DNA of 64,000 nucleotides from Camelus dromedarius (lineage: Eukaryota): assembly GCF_036321535.1 (NCBI RefSeq), contig NC_087437.1:92258001-92322000 (forward strand). Reading direction: 5' to 3'. The notes beneath the pieces were generated by a model. That model was not told the origin of the DNA. It did not search any database and saw nothing but the letters and a program-made list of their open reading frames with translations. Numbering within the stretch: position 1 is the first letter of the stretch; every line of letters starts with the position of its first letter. Below, piece by piece: positions 25,680-39,376 of the stretch. The translations under genes and the position numbers were made by a program.

Positions 25680-28600
25680 TCTTTGCATTGGGAGTGGTCC
25701 AAGAAAGTAGATAATAAAATGAAGTTTAGAGTTGGGTGATTCACCACCTGGTTGGCAGTAAGGACCCACAACCCGTGACAGATGAAGCACAGGCAGCCAC
25801 TGGCACAGTGTGGCAGTCCAATTGTTAAAACTTTCACCAGTGATGGATTGTGAAGCTATTCTTGTGGAATAGAGTTCATTAACCCACGTGATGTTAGACA
25901 TCAGAGATGTATTGAAGATAGAGTGGCTATAAGGATAAAGGATTGCATGGCTATTGCTAGGCACCACTGGTGCTCTAACAAAAGACAATGAAGAACTGAG
26001 AGTGGGTGACAGGCAACTGAAAGCCAGGCATCAAAGCCAGAGTTCTCTTTGCACACAAGGAAGCTTATCTCCTCTAGTGAGAGGGCAAAGGACAGAGAAT
26101 ACCAACCATAAAATTGGATAGAAAATATTTTTTGGACTTGAGAGCACTCTCCTAAGAGAAAATATTTAACATCATAGCAAACACTCCAGGGAATGGTGTT
26201 AATTCATTACTAGGGTGCCTCCTGGATGCATGGAAAATGATGCTAAATTTCAGAGTGAACTGAAATGGCGGAATTGCCATGGTAAACACTGAAGGATGGG
26301 ATGAAAAACTTTGGGTAATGAGGCATGCTAAAAGTATATATTATGTGTGGTCAGAGACACATTGGATAATTATAACTTCCAGGAAGATCCGGAGGCCACA
26401 TCATTTACCCAAGGCATGAGAAATGTCTGGCAGAGAAACACCAGCACCAATTAAAAGGTTTAAGAGTGGCTCTCCTTTGTAGTTTCGGGCTAGTGGTATG
26501 TAGGATGGCTAACTCTTCTAGTTTTAGCTCTGAAAGCTCTATATCCCAGGAGCCCCTCAATTCCAAAAACACCCAGAGAATTGTTCACCTGAGTAGATAC
26601 TAGAACATTGCTTAAAGGTATCACGGGGATGATAGAACCCAGAAACAAGGGAGGCCAGGTGGAGGTATTTAACCTACAGAAGTCTAGGGGAAGGGGTCAC
26701 AATTATTGCAACAAATCGCAAGGTCAAAGTGGCAGCAGGTCTGACCTACAGAGAGTTATGGGGATGTTTGATAAAATACAGTGTTCCTTGAGACAAAATA
26801 GAAAGCTGACAAGGGTAATACTGAGCAGAAAAAAATCAAGGATGAATGGCTGGATGGCTGAGGCTGTGCACCCAATAAAAAGTTATGTTTCCTTATCTGG
26901 TTTCCACAGCTGAGCCATTTGACTACTGCGGAATCCATCAGCTAAAGATGTGGCTAGGTGCCCAGGAGGAAAGATTCCATAACAATATGGTAAGTATACA
27001 AGATAATGGCTCTTCCAATAATTTCCCCAAAGAGATATATGGCCATTGACGCAAACTGTACATTGAGCAAAGAAGAATACCCAGACACTGTGAAGACTGA
27101 TGGACACTGGATCTGAGAGGACATTCATATCCAGAGATCGGAAGCACTGTCATGGCACCTTTAGAGTGGGAGTATACAGGGCTGGAATAATAAAAGGAGT
27201 CCTAACCAAAGTCTGACTGGCAGTGTATACCTTCATTTTGCAAAGACAACTGGTGGTCATTTTCCTCATCCCCAAATACAAAATTGGCACAGTCCCTATA
27301 TTGGGTTCTTAGTCTGCAGGGCACAAGCTATATATAATTCATATTATATATATGAGTATATTCAAGTGGAAGCCTTTGAAATTGCATACATTCAGCCAAG
27401 ATAGTAAATCAAAACCAGTATCACATTCTGGCCAAAGGCTTTGGAAAAAACTAGTGCCACCCTGAAGAATTCAAAGGATTCAGGGATGGTGGTATCTGTC
27501 AATTCTTCATTTAATTTACCCGTGTGATCCCTGCAGAAACCAGATGGATCCTGGATTATGATTATAGACTATTTCAAGCCCAACAAAGTTGTATCCCTGA
27601 CTACAGTCAACATGCCATATGTGGTAGTTTTTTGCTAGAGCTTATTAAGAACCCTCAGACACATAATATTAGCCATTGATTTGAACTGAATTCTTTTTTC
27701 ATCATAAGAAAGGAGAATTAGATACTGTAGCACTCATGTGAAGCAGACAATACACATTTTCATTTTCTTCCCAAGGCAGTTAATTTCCTGCCCTCTGTCA
27801 TAACACAGTACAAAGTGACCTGGACTGTCTGAATATCTTACAGAACATCAAATTGATCTTATATTGATGACACTGTATTGATTGGGTATGCTGAGCAAGA
27901 ACTGGGCAGACTGGAGGTCCCAGGAAAACACATGCACTCCAGACATCAGGCGATTAATCTTGTGAATACCCAAGGGTCTGTCATATCTATAAAATTTGTA
28001 AGGGTCTAGTGGGCACACCAAGACATAATCTCCAACATAAAAGACAAATTATTACACCTTGCACTATCTACCACAAAGAAGGAAAAGCACAATTGTTGGT
28101 GGAATTCTGGTACTGAAGACAGCAAATTTCATACCTAGGAATATGCTCTGACTATTTACCAGGCAATCAAAAGGCTTCCAGCTTCAGGTGGGTTCTAAAG
28201 CAGGAATGGGCTCTGGAACATCTCCAAGGTGTGGTACAAGCATTTCTCCCACTGTGACCATACAGTCTGGCAGATCTTATGAGGTTGATGGTATCCATAG
28301 GGGTAAAAGATTCCATAGAGAGTTTGTGGTACGGATATTAGAAGTATTCTAACACAGGTCCTGAGTTTCTGAAGCAAGGCCGTAAAGTCTCCATGAGAGA
28401 ATTATACTTTTTTTGAAAAACAACTCTCGGCACACCTCTGGGCCCTGTTAGGTATAGAAGACTTGACCATGGGGCACAAAATGACCATGGAGCTAGAGCT
28501 GCCATCATGAGCTGGATCCTGTCAGACCTAACAAGTCATGTGGTTGTGAAAACCCAGTAATAATCCATTTCTGGATAAAGTGGTAAAGGCATCAAGAAGC

Positions 28601-29720
28601 ATAAGCTGGACCAAAAGTCATGAGCAGTATAGCATCTACCACTTCTGCACCAGCAGTTGTCCTCCAAAATCAGCCTATGGTTTCATGGAAGAATCCCAAA
28701 TGACCAGTTGAAGGAAGAAGAAACAAGCTTATTTTACAAATGTGAGCACTAACTGAAATAGACATAGGTTGCACTCCACTTATGAGTGATGATAAAAGGC
28801 ACTAGCAAAGGAAAATTCTCCTGCGGGTTGGGAGACAAGGAAGGCTGGGGTGGAGGTATGAATATAGGCACACATGAGTGGGTATAAAAAGTGAAGAGCA
28901 TTGCATTACCCTTCTAAAACCCACCAGAAAGCATCCATCATAGAAAAGGCAAAATGATTGAAACCATTAATATAAGCTGCTCTGTCACTGGGCAACCCAG
29001 TCCATTATAATGGATACGTGAATGAAGTGGCCACCATTACCGAGATGATGGCTACCATGTCTGGTACCATGAGCCCATATTTTTCAGAACTTAACCATCT
29101 ACTGCTAATGCCAAACTGCTAGCAATAATGAATATTGCTGAGGCCCTGATATGGCAAAACATCTTTAAAAGACCAACCAACTACATGGTTTAAGCTGCCT
29201 ATACTTGGACTCTTCCATCGTAAAGTGATAGCAGTTTATTCTTAACAGAGATTGTCACATATTCCATCCATAGGTTAAGCTCCTCTGACTGCAGAGCCCA
29301 GAGTGCCCTACAATATGAGTGCCTGTGGAAGTGTTTGCTCCTTCAGCTGGGCATCTCACATAAGATCATGTCAGACCAGAGGACCCATTTAGTAGGTGGG
29401 GTAAAGGATCACTTATTGTATCCCATACCCCATTACCCAGAAGCTTCCTCTATTAAGACATTGTCATGCCCCAGTGAAGACACAATTGAAGTGCCAGCTC
29501 AGAGAAAATGCTCTATGAGGATGTTCTGCCATCCTCTAGCATGCAGTATATTTATAAAATTGGAAGGCTTTTTGTTGCACTGTGTCCTCAAAAGGAAGAA
29601 TATGTGGGTCTGGTAATAAGAGGTGCAAACAAGAATAGCCTCACTTATAAATATCCCCAATACCCACTTGGAGGCTTTGTGTTTCCCATTCCCACAACTC
29701 TGAGCTCTGGTCTTTGGTAA
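25680..29720 (+). mobile_element. Decayed ERV-L internal region (ERV3-16A3-like gag-pro-pol), non-coding
   Basis: Protease DTG at 27103-27111 (LMDTGSE). RT N-terminus KDSGMVVSVNSSFNLPV*SLQKPDGSWIMIIDY near 27475-27575 and YIDD at 27860-27871. Integrase-like IMSDQRTH and PHYPEA in ORF 29335-29616. Many stops and frameshifts. Confidence 0.9.
26501..26592. mobile_element. hAT-Blackjack MITE (MER94-like) inserted in the ERV gag region
   Basis: Decayed TIRs TAGGATGGCTAACT / AATTGTTCACCTGA. The interior GTTTTAGCTCTGAAAG...TCCCAGGAGCCCCTCAATTCC matches recalled MER94. Confidence 0.65.
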
Positions 29721-29926
29721 GGCAGGGCTAAAATCTCAGCCATTTCTGCCTGATGCAAGGTTGGATTCTGATGGATGATACTCATTTCAGTGTCCCCAGC
29801 AGAGTCATCCCAAACTATGTAGATCTTGCATCATGCCTTAACTTTTTTCTATCCCCCATCTTTCCCTTCACTCGTGCTATTTCTTAATATACATCTTGCA
29901 TCTCCTGGAGAACCTAACCTGTGACA
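29721..29926 (+). mobile_element. 3' LTR of ERV-L provirus (LTR16 family), 5'-truncated
   Basis: GCCATTTCTGCCTGATGCAAGG...TCTGATGG parallels the 5' LTR. Ends CCTGGAGAACCTAACCTGTGACA. Confidence 0.7.
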
Positions 29927-31159
29927 GTCTTCAGTAATATTTTACTCATGAGTAAAGAGATAATCAAGTTGTTAAGGAGCAGTTATAGGCATCTTGGTGA
30001 TGCAAATTGTGCGAAATGGTATGCATTATATGCAGGTGTCGTGTGGTATCATATGCTTCACTTTGTTTAAAGATGATATGAATTTTCCAATAGTCACTAT
30101 TGAATATACAACTGGATATCACAGGAAAACTATGGAGGCATGAAAATGAAGGATAGATAAAAGGAAATAATGGGGAAGAGTTGAAAGTCTAATTCTGGAA
30201 GGCTTATTAAGACTTTTTTGTTTTAATAATCATTTATTCAATTATCATCTTTGATCTACAAGTTAAAGAAGATGACCTTACATCTCTCACAGGGTGCTAT
30301 AAAGATATAAAAAAAAATCATGATTTGGCTTATTCTAAATGGCACTAATTACTTTAAAAGTAGCATCCCTTTACACTCCAGATCCTAACATCCTTTCTAG
30401 TAAGCCTCTGTTGCTTCTTTTTCAGATCTTTTAAATCAATGGCTATAATAATATCCACTGTTTAACATCCAAAATACTAAATGTAGCATGAGGCGCATAT
30501 GCTATAGATTATCATTCACATGGTATAACATGAACATCCAATATGGAACAACAGAAGTATTGCACAGATTCTTAAAATCATTAGCTAACATAAGCAAAAC
30601 TCAAGCTACGTTCTTGCCCAGTAAAGTTAATTCTGTAGAGTCTCTTTTTTTCTTCATGACCACTATTTTTCCGAAAATGTTAAACAAAGCCATCACTGGA
30701 AAGTTTCCAGTTATTTTCTCTTGGCTTCTCATCTATTCACTTCCTACTCTGTGTATAGAACTCTAATTAGACATATCATTCATTTTTTTTTTCATTTTTG
30801 TTTTGTTTTTACTTTTTTAGGTGTGGATAATATACAGTAAATTGAACAAATTACAAGAATGTTGCTGGATACAAACTTATTTTTGTACAAACCCATGATA
30901 TGAAACACTTCCAGTATTCTCAAAGACATCACTTTGTCATTTATAATCAACATCCAACCAAAGATGATCAGTTTTCTGACCTTTAGAACCAATAATTTCC
31001 TCATTTTCTCTCAAATTCTCTTCTGTGTATTTTTTAAATTTTCTTTTTCTTTTTATATTTTGCTCTCAATAATATCTTGCTCATTTTGGTTTTATTTTCA
31101 ACAATTTTATTTTCAGTTCTATGTATTCTAATTGATTTTTTGCCAAATAGTTTTGTATC

Positions 31160-31380
31160 TGAATCATTTTCTGCAGTTATTATTACCATATTAAACTATA
31201 TTACTTACTCAATTTGTTTACTTGTGTTTTTGTCTTTCTGGAGAGAGCAGAATATAAGCTCTAAGAAAGCAGGGTTCTTACCTGTCTTGTACGCTGATAT
31301 AGCTCCTGACTAGAATAGCTCCAGTTTCATAGTAGGTACCAAATATTTTTTTTAAGAAATACATAGATCAATTAATGAAA
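31160..31380 (+). mobile_element. L2 3'-end fragment
   Basis: AGAATATAAGCTCTAAGAAAGCAGGG...CTAGAATAGCTCCAGTTTCATAGTAGGTACCAAATATTT. Confidence 0.75.
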
Positions 31381-31429
31381 TTTCCTTAAATATATTCATG
31401 TCTCTGTATCACTCTGGCTGAAAGATCTT

Positions 31430-32080
31430 TTACCTCATCTCAACTACTGGTACCTTCTCTTGACTTGTACCCTCCTCCTTTTCTTTCTTCCACACCTGAA
31501 TCCATCCTGTAGTGCTTCTGGAATCATCTTTTTATCACCCAGATTATTTAGGTCTCTACTTGAAATCTTTTAAAGCCTTTCCATTTCTCTTAGAATAAAA
31601 AAAAAATGTAATTTACCCTACAAAGCCTCCACATAGTTGGCTGTTTCGCCAGCCCCAACTTATGCCACAACACTAGTGACTTTTAAGTTCCTATAAAGAC
31701 CAGTTCCCACCTATTCAAACATCTCTTTTCTTGATCATCCTCATTACCCCACTAAGCTGGTTATTTTCTATTAATACTTTGTTACAATTCTCATTAAGGT
31801 GGTAAATTTTCTGAGAAATCTTTATTGAACTTTTTAAACCAAGATTCTCAAATTGATCTATTATAATCCCTTTTATTATCAAATATCTATTAACATCACA
31901 ATAAAAATTTGGAAAATATATTCTAGCTCCATCTACAAACCTGCACAATTTTCCGTATTCAGGATGGAAAGAGATGGACATGATTACATAAAGTAACTCA
32001 GGAATGATGTCTGTAGGATATATCAGAATATACTTGATATTCTGACAAGCAATCATTAAAACATATATTTAGTAAAAGGA
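31430..32080 (+). mobile_element. Highly diverged L2 fragment
   Basis: TCCATCCTGTAGTGCTTCTGGAATCATCTTT...CTACTTGAAATCTTTTAAAGCCTTTCCATTTCTCTTAGAATAAAA...ACAAAGCCTCCACA. Confidence 0.55.
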
Positions 32081-33220
32081 AAAAAAAAAGGACTTGAAAG
32101 CTTTTTGTATTAATATGATTTTGGTGAAATTTAACACACATCCAAAACACACAAATTATTTTTTTTTCTCATTTTGGTTATAACCCTCCTAAAGCCCCTT
32201 TTGGCTTTTCTGTTTCTTCCTTATTTAGAGTTGATGTCTTCTTTTCAGGGCCTGAAGCCCTGGAGAATGTAGTGTATATTTGGATTCCTCAGAGTGGCTG
32301 AAATCAAGCAGAGTACTATTGATGTTATTGATAAAGTTAAAAAACAAAGCATGATGCTGACATTTGTGGAACACCTTTGCCAATAGACCTGGCTAAAGAT
32401 TTTCTATTCTTAGCAGAGGTAAATCATGATACTGCGCTTGCTGCTCAAGGGAGTTATAATATTTTACCCTCCAATAGTCTACAAGAAGGATGAGTTTTGA
32501 AAAACTTTTCTGAAGTAGATGGTTACTGTCTCCTGGTGAATATCACTGTTTATTGACCATCACAGCTTACAGTTATTATCATCTCTTATTTTTAAAGAAT
32601 ATCCACAGTAAAGCATGGTTTTGCTCACAGTATAAAAGTTATGGAGTGTGGATCCTGTGCACTTTGAGGTCCATCACTAATCATGAAACATCTTACTTAT
32701 TATCTCTCTTTTTCCCTCTACGTCTTCACACTTGACACTATTTTCTCTCACGCTTCCTACGCTGTGCCTCATTATCTGTTCACACATACGAATATTTCTC
32801 CAGACTTCATCATATTATACTAGAAGCATTCTATAATATGCTGAAAACACAGCTGCTTCCACAACAGCCCCTTATTCATGTACTGATCCTAGTTTATTTC
32901 TTACACTTAACTTCTTAGCTAAAGACTCACTTACCAAATTGGAAGAAATGGAAGTGCCTACGTCACAGAGAATTTAGATTGACAGGTTACTAGATGGATA
33001 AAGCCAGGGCAACTGAAATGGGTCTTAAGGGGCCCAAAGCAGAAGCAATCCATGTTTTCTCATCTTACTATATGTTATTTTTATACAAATTATATGTGCA
33101 CATTGTATTGTACTTGTATGTACGCATACAATTCAGATGTATGTAAATATGAATATTTTTATTACACAAAAATTTTCTTTTAAGGGTACTCATTTCTTTT
33201 GGCAATGACAGTGAGATAAA

Positions 33221-33452
33221 TTTATATATATACATGTATTTTGTCGATGTATAGTCAGTTTACAATGTTGTGTCAATTTCTGGTGTACAGCATAATGATT
33301 CAGTCATACATGAACATATATAGATTTATTTTCACATTCTTTTTCACCATAAGTTACTATAAGATATTGAAAACAGTTCCCTGTGGTGTACAGTATGAAC
33401 TTGTTGTTCATCTATTATATATATATTTGTTAGTATCTGCAAATCTTGATTC
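33221..33452 (-). mobile_element. Young L1 3'-end fragment
   Basis: Reverse complement of the 5553-5775 element: TATAGTCAGTTTACAATGTTGTGTCAATTTCTGGTGTACAGC...GTTAGTATCTGCAAATCTTGA. Confidence 0.93.
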
Positions 33453-33531
33453 TTTCTCGGAGTCTAAATCTCAGTACATTTTGGACAAGCTATGTCATAA
33501 AATTCAAGAATTAAGAAACACTCCTGTCCCT

Positions 33532-34309
33532 ATACAAATGATAAATATGATACAAATGATAAATGCTGAAGAAGGTGTGGAGAAAAGGGAATAATTAGTG
33601 CAGCCATTATGGAAAACAGTACGGAGATTCCTTAAAAAACTAAAAATAGACTTATCATATGATCCAGCAATCCTACTCCTGGGCATATATCCAGAGGGAA
33701 TTCTAATTGGAAAAGATGCATGCACCCCAGTGCTCAAAGTAGCACTATTTACAATAGCCAAGACACAGAAGCAACCTAAATGTCCATCAACAGGTGACTA
33801 GATAAAGAAGATATGGTATATATACATACAATAGAATACTACTCAGCCATAAAAAATAATAAAAGAATGCCATTTGCAGCAACATGGATGGACCTGGAGA
33901 TCACCATTCTAAGTTTAAGCCAGGAAGAGAAATAAAAACACCATATGATATTGCTTATATGGGGAATGAAAAGAAGACAATGAACTTATTTACAAAACAG
34001 AAACACTCACAGACATAGAAAACAAACTTATGGTTACCAGCGGAGAAAGAGGATAGGAAGGGATAAATTGGGAGTTCAAGATTTGCAGATATTAATATAT
34101 ATAAAATTGATAAACAAGTTTATCCTGTATAGCACAGGGAACTATATTCAATATCTTGTAGTAAACTACAATGAAAAAGAATATGGAAAAGAATATATGT
34201 ATGTATATGTATGACTGAAACATTATGCTGCACACTAGCAATTGATGCAATATTGTAAACTGACTATACATTAATAAAAACAAAAGAATGAATACTTAAA
34301 AAAAAAAAA
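33532..34309 (+). mobile_element. Young 5'-truncated L1 (ORF2 C-terminus, 3' UTR, poly-A)
   Basis: ORF 33598-33801 [31 protein letters not shown] matches the L1 ORF2p C-terminal domain. 3' UTR and A-tail run to 34309. Confidence 0.95.
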
Positions 34310-36261
34310 GCTCCCTTGCTGAGTTTTCTCCACGTTTGAAGAGCTCTTCTGTTCTTCTGTCCTCCCTCTTCCTGGCCCATCACCTAAAAGAAACAGGGAG
34401 AGGCAAAGAGACAGACTGCAGGCACACATAATAATGACAGGAGAGCCACAACTGGGCTTGCGGGTTTTAGCTGGCTTTCTCTGCTAGTGTTTTCATCAAA
34501 TCTCAACTAAGACTGGGTGATGTCCAGGAGCTCAGGCTCAGCTATCTCACTCTCACTCATCACAAAGGGCATCCAGTGATATCTCTGTAATGTGATACAT
34601 ATGAGAGAAGCTTAGGAGATCTTGCCAGGCAGTCTCTTTAGTGGAAGACTAGTATCTTTGTGAACCGTGATAACTTATACCTACTCTAAGCTAATGGGAA
34701 AGCAGGTCCTCATTATACTTCCCGTACCCAACCCCCACAAAAAAAAAAAAAGTCCTGGAAATACCTGCAGATTTTTCCAGTCAGCAAACTCCACGTGGGA
34801 AGTGGCCAGTCTCATAGAATCAGCATCACGTTTTCATTTGCCAACACTGATCTTTGGACGCATTCCCATTTTTGTAGATTGATCTACTATTACTCAACAG
34901 TCTCCTCTCTACCTTCTTTTCCAACACTTCTCTAGTTCTCTTTCAAAATGAATGCTTTCATTTAATTCTTTCCACGGAAAAACAAAACAACTGGTTCTGT
35001 CTCTTTCCACGTAGGAAGAGATTAGGACATCATGACTGACTCTTGTGCAGGAGCTCCCTTTAACTTCACCTGTTCTGACATTGATTTATTGATTTAATAA
35101 TTTGATACAGAACATTCTCAGATGTTCCTACACAGGAAGTGGATGATGGAAGTACAGAAAATAAACCAAATGCAGGTTTCATTTCCCATGTTATGGTCAC
35201 ATGTAAATCCTTCCTCTGTCATCTCTCTAACACTTTGCGGGCACAATTTGTAGTTTTTAACCTTCTGCTCCAAGTTTGTTTTTGTTGTTGTTAAATCATC
35301 AAAAGAGCAACATATTTTAGGAAGACATTCAAGGTAAAGTAAGTTATGTTTCCTTCAGCATTCACTGTATCATATGGATATCTCTTTTCAGTCCTTATGA
35401 ACTGGAAATCAAAATTAAAAGGTTAATCAAATGCAAATTGGACTAAAAATAATATGAGTGTATTATAATACATTCCATTGCATTAAAAAAAAAGAGCTGG
35501 TAATTTGTTCACATATGGAAGTCCCCTTGTTCCTCCTGGGGAGTTTTAATTGGAAAAACTTCATGCTTATATCACCCTTAGAATGTATCAATTATTAATT
35601 CTTCAGAGTGTATTTTCTCCTCTTTTTAAATGCAAATATTGAGGCATTTTTTAAAATTGGTTTTCCTAACACCTATCTAAAAGGAAGTCTTGAGCAAAGA
35701 AGGACATGATCTATATTAAGGACAAATAATATTGTTCTCTATTTCATAGGTATTTGACCGTAACAGAGCCTTGATGGGAGTCTGATCTTGTAATCAGAAA
35801 GCTCTAGAGAGACTTTCTTTAAAATAGATGATTCTTTATATACTATTTTGAAGAAAAAGTGAACTTTTCACACCAAAACCTTCAACTCTGGACTTCGTGG
35901 AAAACATACAATTGATGCTTGACACTGAGTAGTATCACCAATTTTACTTTGAGTATAAATGCAGGTTGTACAAATTATACTCTACTGCTAATAATAGTCA
36001 TGTTTTAATTTTTGATGATTATTAATAGTGCCACCTTTGTCATAAGTTAAGTTCCTGTATGTGTGTGTCTGTGTATGGATGTGTGTGTCTGTATGTGTGT
36101 ATGTGTTTGTGATTGTTTCTAGCTATTATCTTTTTCTGGTCTATTTGTCTACTCTTGGCATGAAAATCCTGTAATATAAATCCTCAAACTTTCTTCTTCA
36201 ATTGTGTCTTAACTATGTTTTGTCCTTTTCATTTCCAAATACATTTTAGAATAATTTCTTA

Positions 36262-37360
36262 AGGATGCTCTTATCAGCTTTTTTATTATGGTCTAAAAGA
36301 GAAAACAGCCCAGATATTCATCAATAGAAGAATGAATAAGGAAACTTCAGTGTTCATTCATGCAATGAAATATTACTCAGCAACAAAAAGGAATAAACTA
36401 CTTATACACTACAATATGCATGAATCTCAAAATCATTGTACTAGTGAAAACAGCCTTACATTAAAAAGTACCTACTTTGTGATTACATTTATGTGAATTT
36501 CTAGAACAAGAAAAATTAAATTATGGTAGATAATCAAGAGTAGTTATCTATAAGTCTGTTTCTGTTCTGTTATATTTGTTCCCTTGATTTGTTTTTTCTA
36601 TTTCACATATAAGTGAAATTATATGGTATCTATCTTTTTTCTGTCTAATTTATTTCACTTAGCATAATACCCTCTAGGTCTATATATGTCACAAATGGCA
36701 AGAATTCATTGGTATGAGTGAAATAGGTGAAGGAGTTTAAGAGGTACAAACTTTCAATTATAAAATAAATAAGTCACAGAGTTGTAATGCACAACATAGA
36801 GAAATAGTCAATTATACTGTAAAAATTTTATATAATGGAAGATGATAAATAGGTGGGACAATTTTATAATGTATAAAAATATCAATCAATGTGTTGTACA
36901 CTTGAAACTTATAATTTTGTAAGTCAATTATATTTCAATTAAAGTTTTTTTAAAATTAAAAAAATGAATGGTTATCTTGGGAGGGAGCAGAGGTTGACTA
37001 GAAGGAGCTATTAGGTAATAGTTTATACTTTGATAAGGTTAAGATTACACAGGTGTATAATTTGTCAGAACTCACTGAATGCTCACTTAAGATTTGTAGA
37101 ATTTATTACGTGCAAGTTTTACCTCAACAAAAAAATGTATATAAAAATTGAACTCTAGTTAATAACATGCATGCTAATTAGGGGAAACTATACTGATGTT
37201 TAAAATTTATTTTCAAATGCATCAAAAAAATAAGATGGATTGATGGTTAGATTGGGGAATATTTAGACAGATATGTGATAATAGAATATAGATGGTGGGT
37301 ATACAAGTGTTCTCTATAATTTTTTCTATACATTTAAAAATATTCGTAATAAATTGTTTA
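36262..37360 (+). mobile_element. Old L1 3' region (L1MC/L1MD-type), interrupted by an inverted L1
   Basis: TTCATCAATAGAAGAATGAATAAG...CAATGAAATATTACTCAGCAACAAAAAGGAATAAACTAC...AAATGCATCAAAAAAATAAGATGGATTGATGG. Confidence 0.8.
36550..36963. mobile_element. 5'-inverted (twin-primed) L1 3' fragment, L1MA9-like
   Basis: 36550-36710 is antisense and 36711-36963 is sense with an A-tail. Decayed TSD AAGAGTAGTTATCT (36536-36549) / ATGAATGGTTATCT (36964-36977), 11/14 identical. Confidence 0.85.
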
Positions 37361-37364
37361 GATT

Positions 37365-38710
37365 TTCTATACACCATTGTGTTAGTCTGGGTAAGTTGTA
37401 GTTGTAAGTTTCTCTAGGAATTCGTTCATTCCTTTCAAATTTTCAAAGATATTATCATTAGTTTTATCTAAAAATTATTGTTATATACTGTTAAGGTATT
37501 CAGGATCTAGAGTGATTAGTCCCTTTTAATCCTTGATGTTGATCATATTGTCTTATCACTTCATTAACCTCATTTAATCTTCTTAAAAAGTGATAGGTAG
37601 ATTTGTTAATTTTTATTAGATGATTAATTTTATTATTTTTCCCATATGTGTATGTATATATATTTATTTACATATATAAATAACTCATTGATTTTATGTT
37701 AATTTTTCTGATATATGTATTTAAGGCTGTAAGTATCCCGCTATGCTGTTTACCTTCATAATGCAAGTGTTTAGATGTTATTTTTTCATTAATTATCAAT
37801 TTCAAATAATTTTAAATTTCAATTGTGCTTTTTTTTCTTACTATGAGTTACTGAGGACTCGATCTTGGTACTGAAACATGATGAATTTCTAGTTATTCTT
37901 TGCTCATTTAAATTTAGTTATTTCTGTATTCCATTTGTTGTCAATTATATTCACTAATGTCTTAATTTTAGCTAATATATTAATTTATAGATTTTCTATT
38001 AGCACTTTTTCAAAGTTGCTATTACATTTTTATGGATTTTAATTTTCTATTGAAATACTTAATTTTTTTACATCACCAAATAAAGAAGCATAGTTATTTT
38101 TAAGTCAATTGTCCAATAATTCCAATATCTTGATCCATTGATTGTGGAATAGATAATGTATTTTAGGAAACTGTAGAAATAATTTGTTTCATAGCATGAG
38201 GTTTTACTCCTGTAAAGAAGATTCTCATTTGCTTCCAACAGATGCTCAATGATAATAACAAATCTACTTGTCAGGGGTTAAAATTTTCTGGGTCTCCCTG
38301 ATGACTCCAGTTAATTTTTTAAAATCCCCACACCCAACCTTGTTTCTACTATGTAGGTTTTTAAGATTCCATTCCAAAGTAATGAGCGTTCACTATGGCA
38401 TTTCCTGGATTTTAATTTATGTCTCGCTAGACCCTCAAGGTTGTCAACAGTACTTCACAATCTTTGTCCATGTCTTTGAGATCAGCAATTCTCCAAAGGC
38501 AAAAATGGCCCCAACTCAAATAAATAAAAACTTTGGATTTATATCCAGTTCTCAATTTGGACCATATTTATTTGCTGTCTGGTTAGTCTGCCAGTTCTTT
38601 CAGGCAGGCATTTCTAATATTCCACACAACTTTCCTAAATGTCCTTTCAAAGGGGGTTGGTCTGTGTCACCTAGTCTTTTATTCTTAAATGTATTTACTA
38701 CAGTGTGTTG
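37365..38710 (-). mobile_element. Very old antisense L1/HAL1-like debris
   Basis: T-rich, with antisense L1-like blocks (TTTCTCTAGGAATTCGTTCATT...TTTTCAAA; TATTTAAGGCTGTAAGTATCC; GTCCAATAATTCCAATATCT). Confidence 0.5.
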
Positions 38711-39376
38711 AAGTTTAAAAATATATTGAATGTCATTGCTCTTTTTCAATGCTTCGATTGCACAAATAAAGAATCTAAAGTCCACATTTTATAAATATTG
38801 TAAGTCACCCATTGAGTTGGTGACAATTCCAAGACTCCCAGGAAATGCTGTTTACACTGCAAAAATCAGTTTTGTTACTGCTCTACTTTTGGAAATCATC
38901 TTGTAAGCTTCTGATCTTTCTATTAAGGTTATCTTTATAAAAAAGAAAGGAATGTCAAACTAATGTCATAAATCAGTTTCTTCATTCCTCAGTAGCCGGG
39001 AGAAAAACCTGTTGTTCAGTAGCTGTTTACACATTTTTGATCTTTTGACATAGGGAGAAAGAACATATATTTTATATCATAAAGAATAATAGTAAATGCA
39101 CGTGTGTTTGCACATACTATATATATTTAGAGATACAGAATGTATTTATGTTGTGTGCATACCATTACATGAAAAATATGCAAGTATGTATGTGTCTGTA
39201 TATGTGTACAAGTCTGCAGATCTGCGTGTGTATTACTTGAACTAACAGAGCAAAACCATAAGGATAAAAGGAAGGATAAATCAATGTTTAAATTTATACC
39301 ATTATAATTATCAAGAAATTTCATTTTCTACATTTATTTTAAAACATTTTGCTATAATATTCTAAATATTATACTA

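Noticed and set aside
26608..29720. Domesticated retroviral gene (gag- or pol-derived)
   Set aside because: The ORF pieces are short and separated by many stops and frameshifts, including within the RT domain.
30784..30990. Possible minus-strand processed pseudogene next to a T-rich tract
   Set aside because: There is no TSD, no properly placed poly(A) signal and no recognisable parent sequence.
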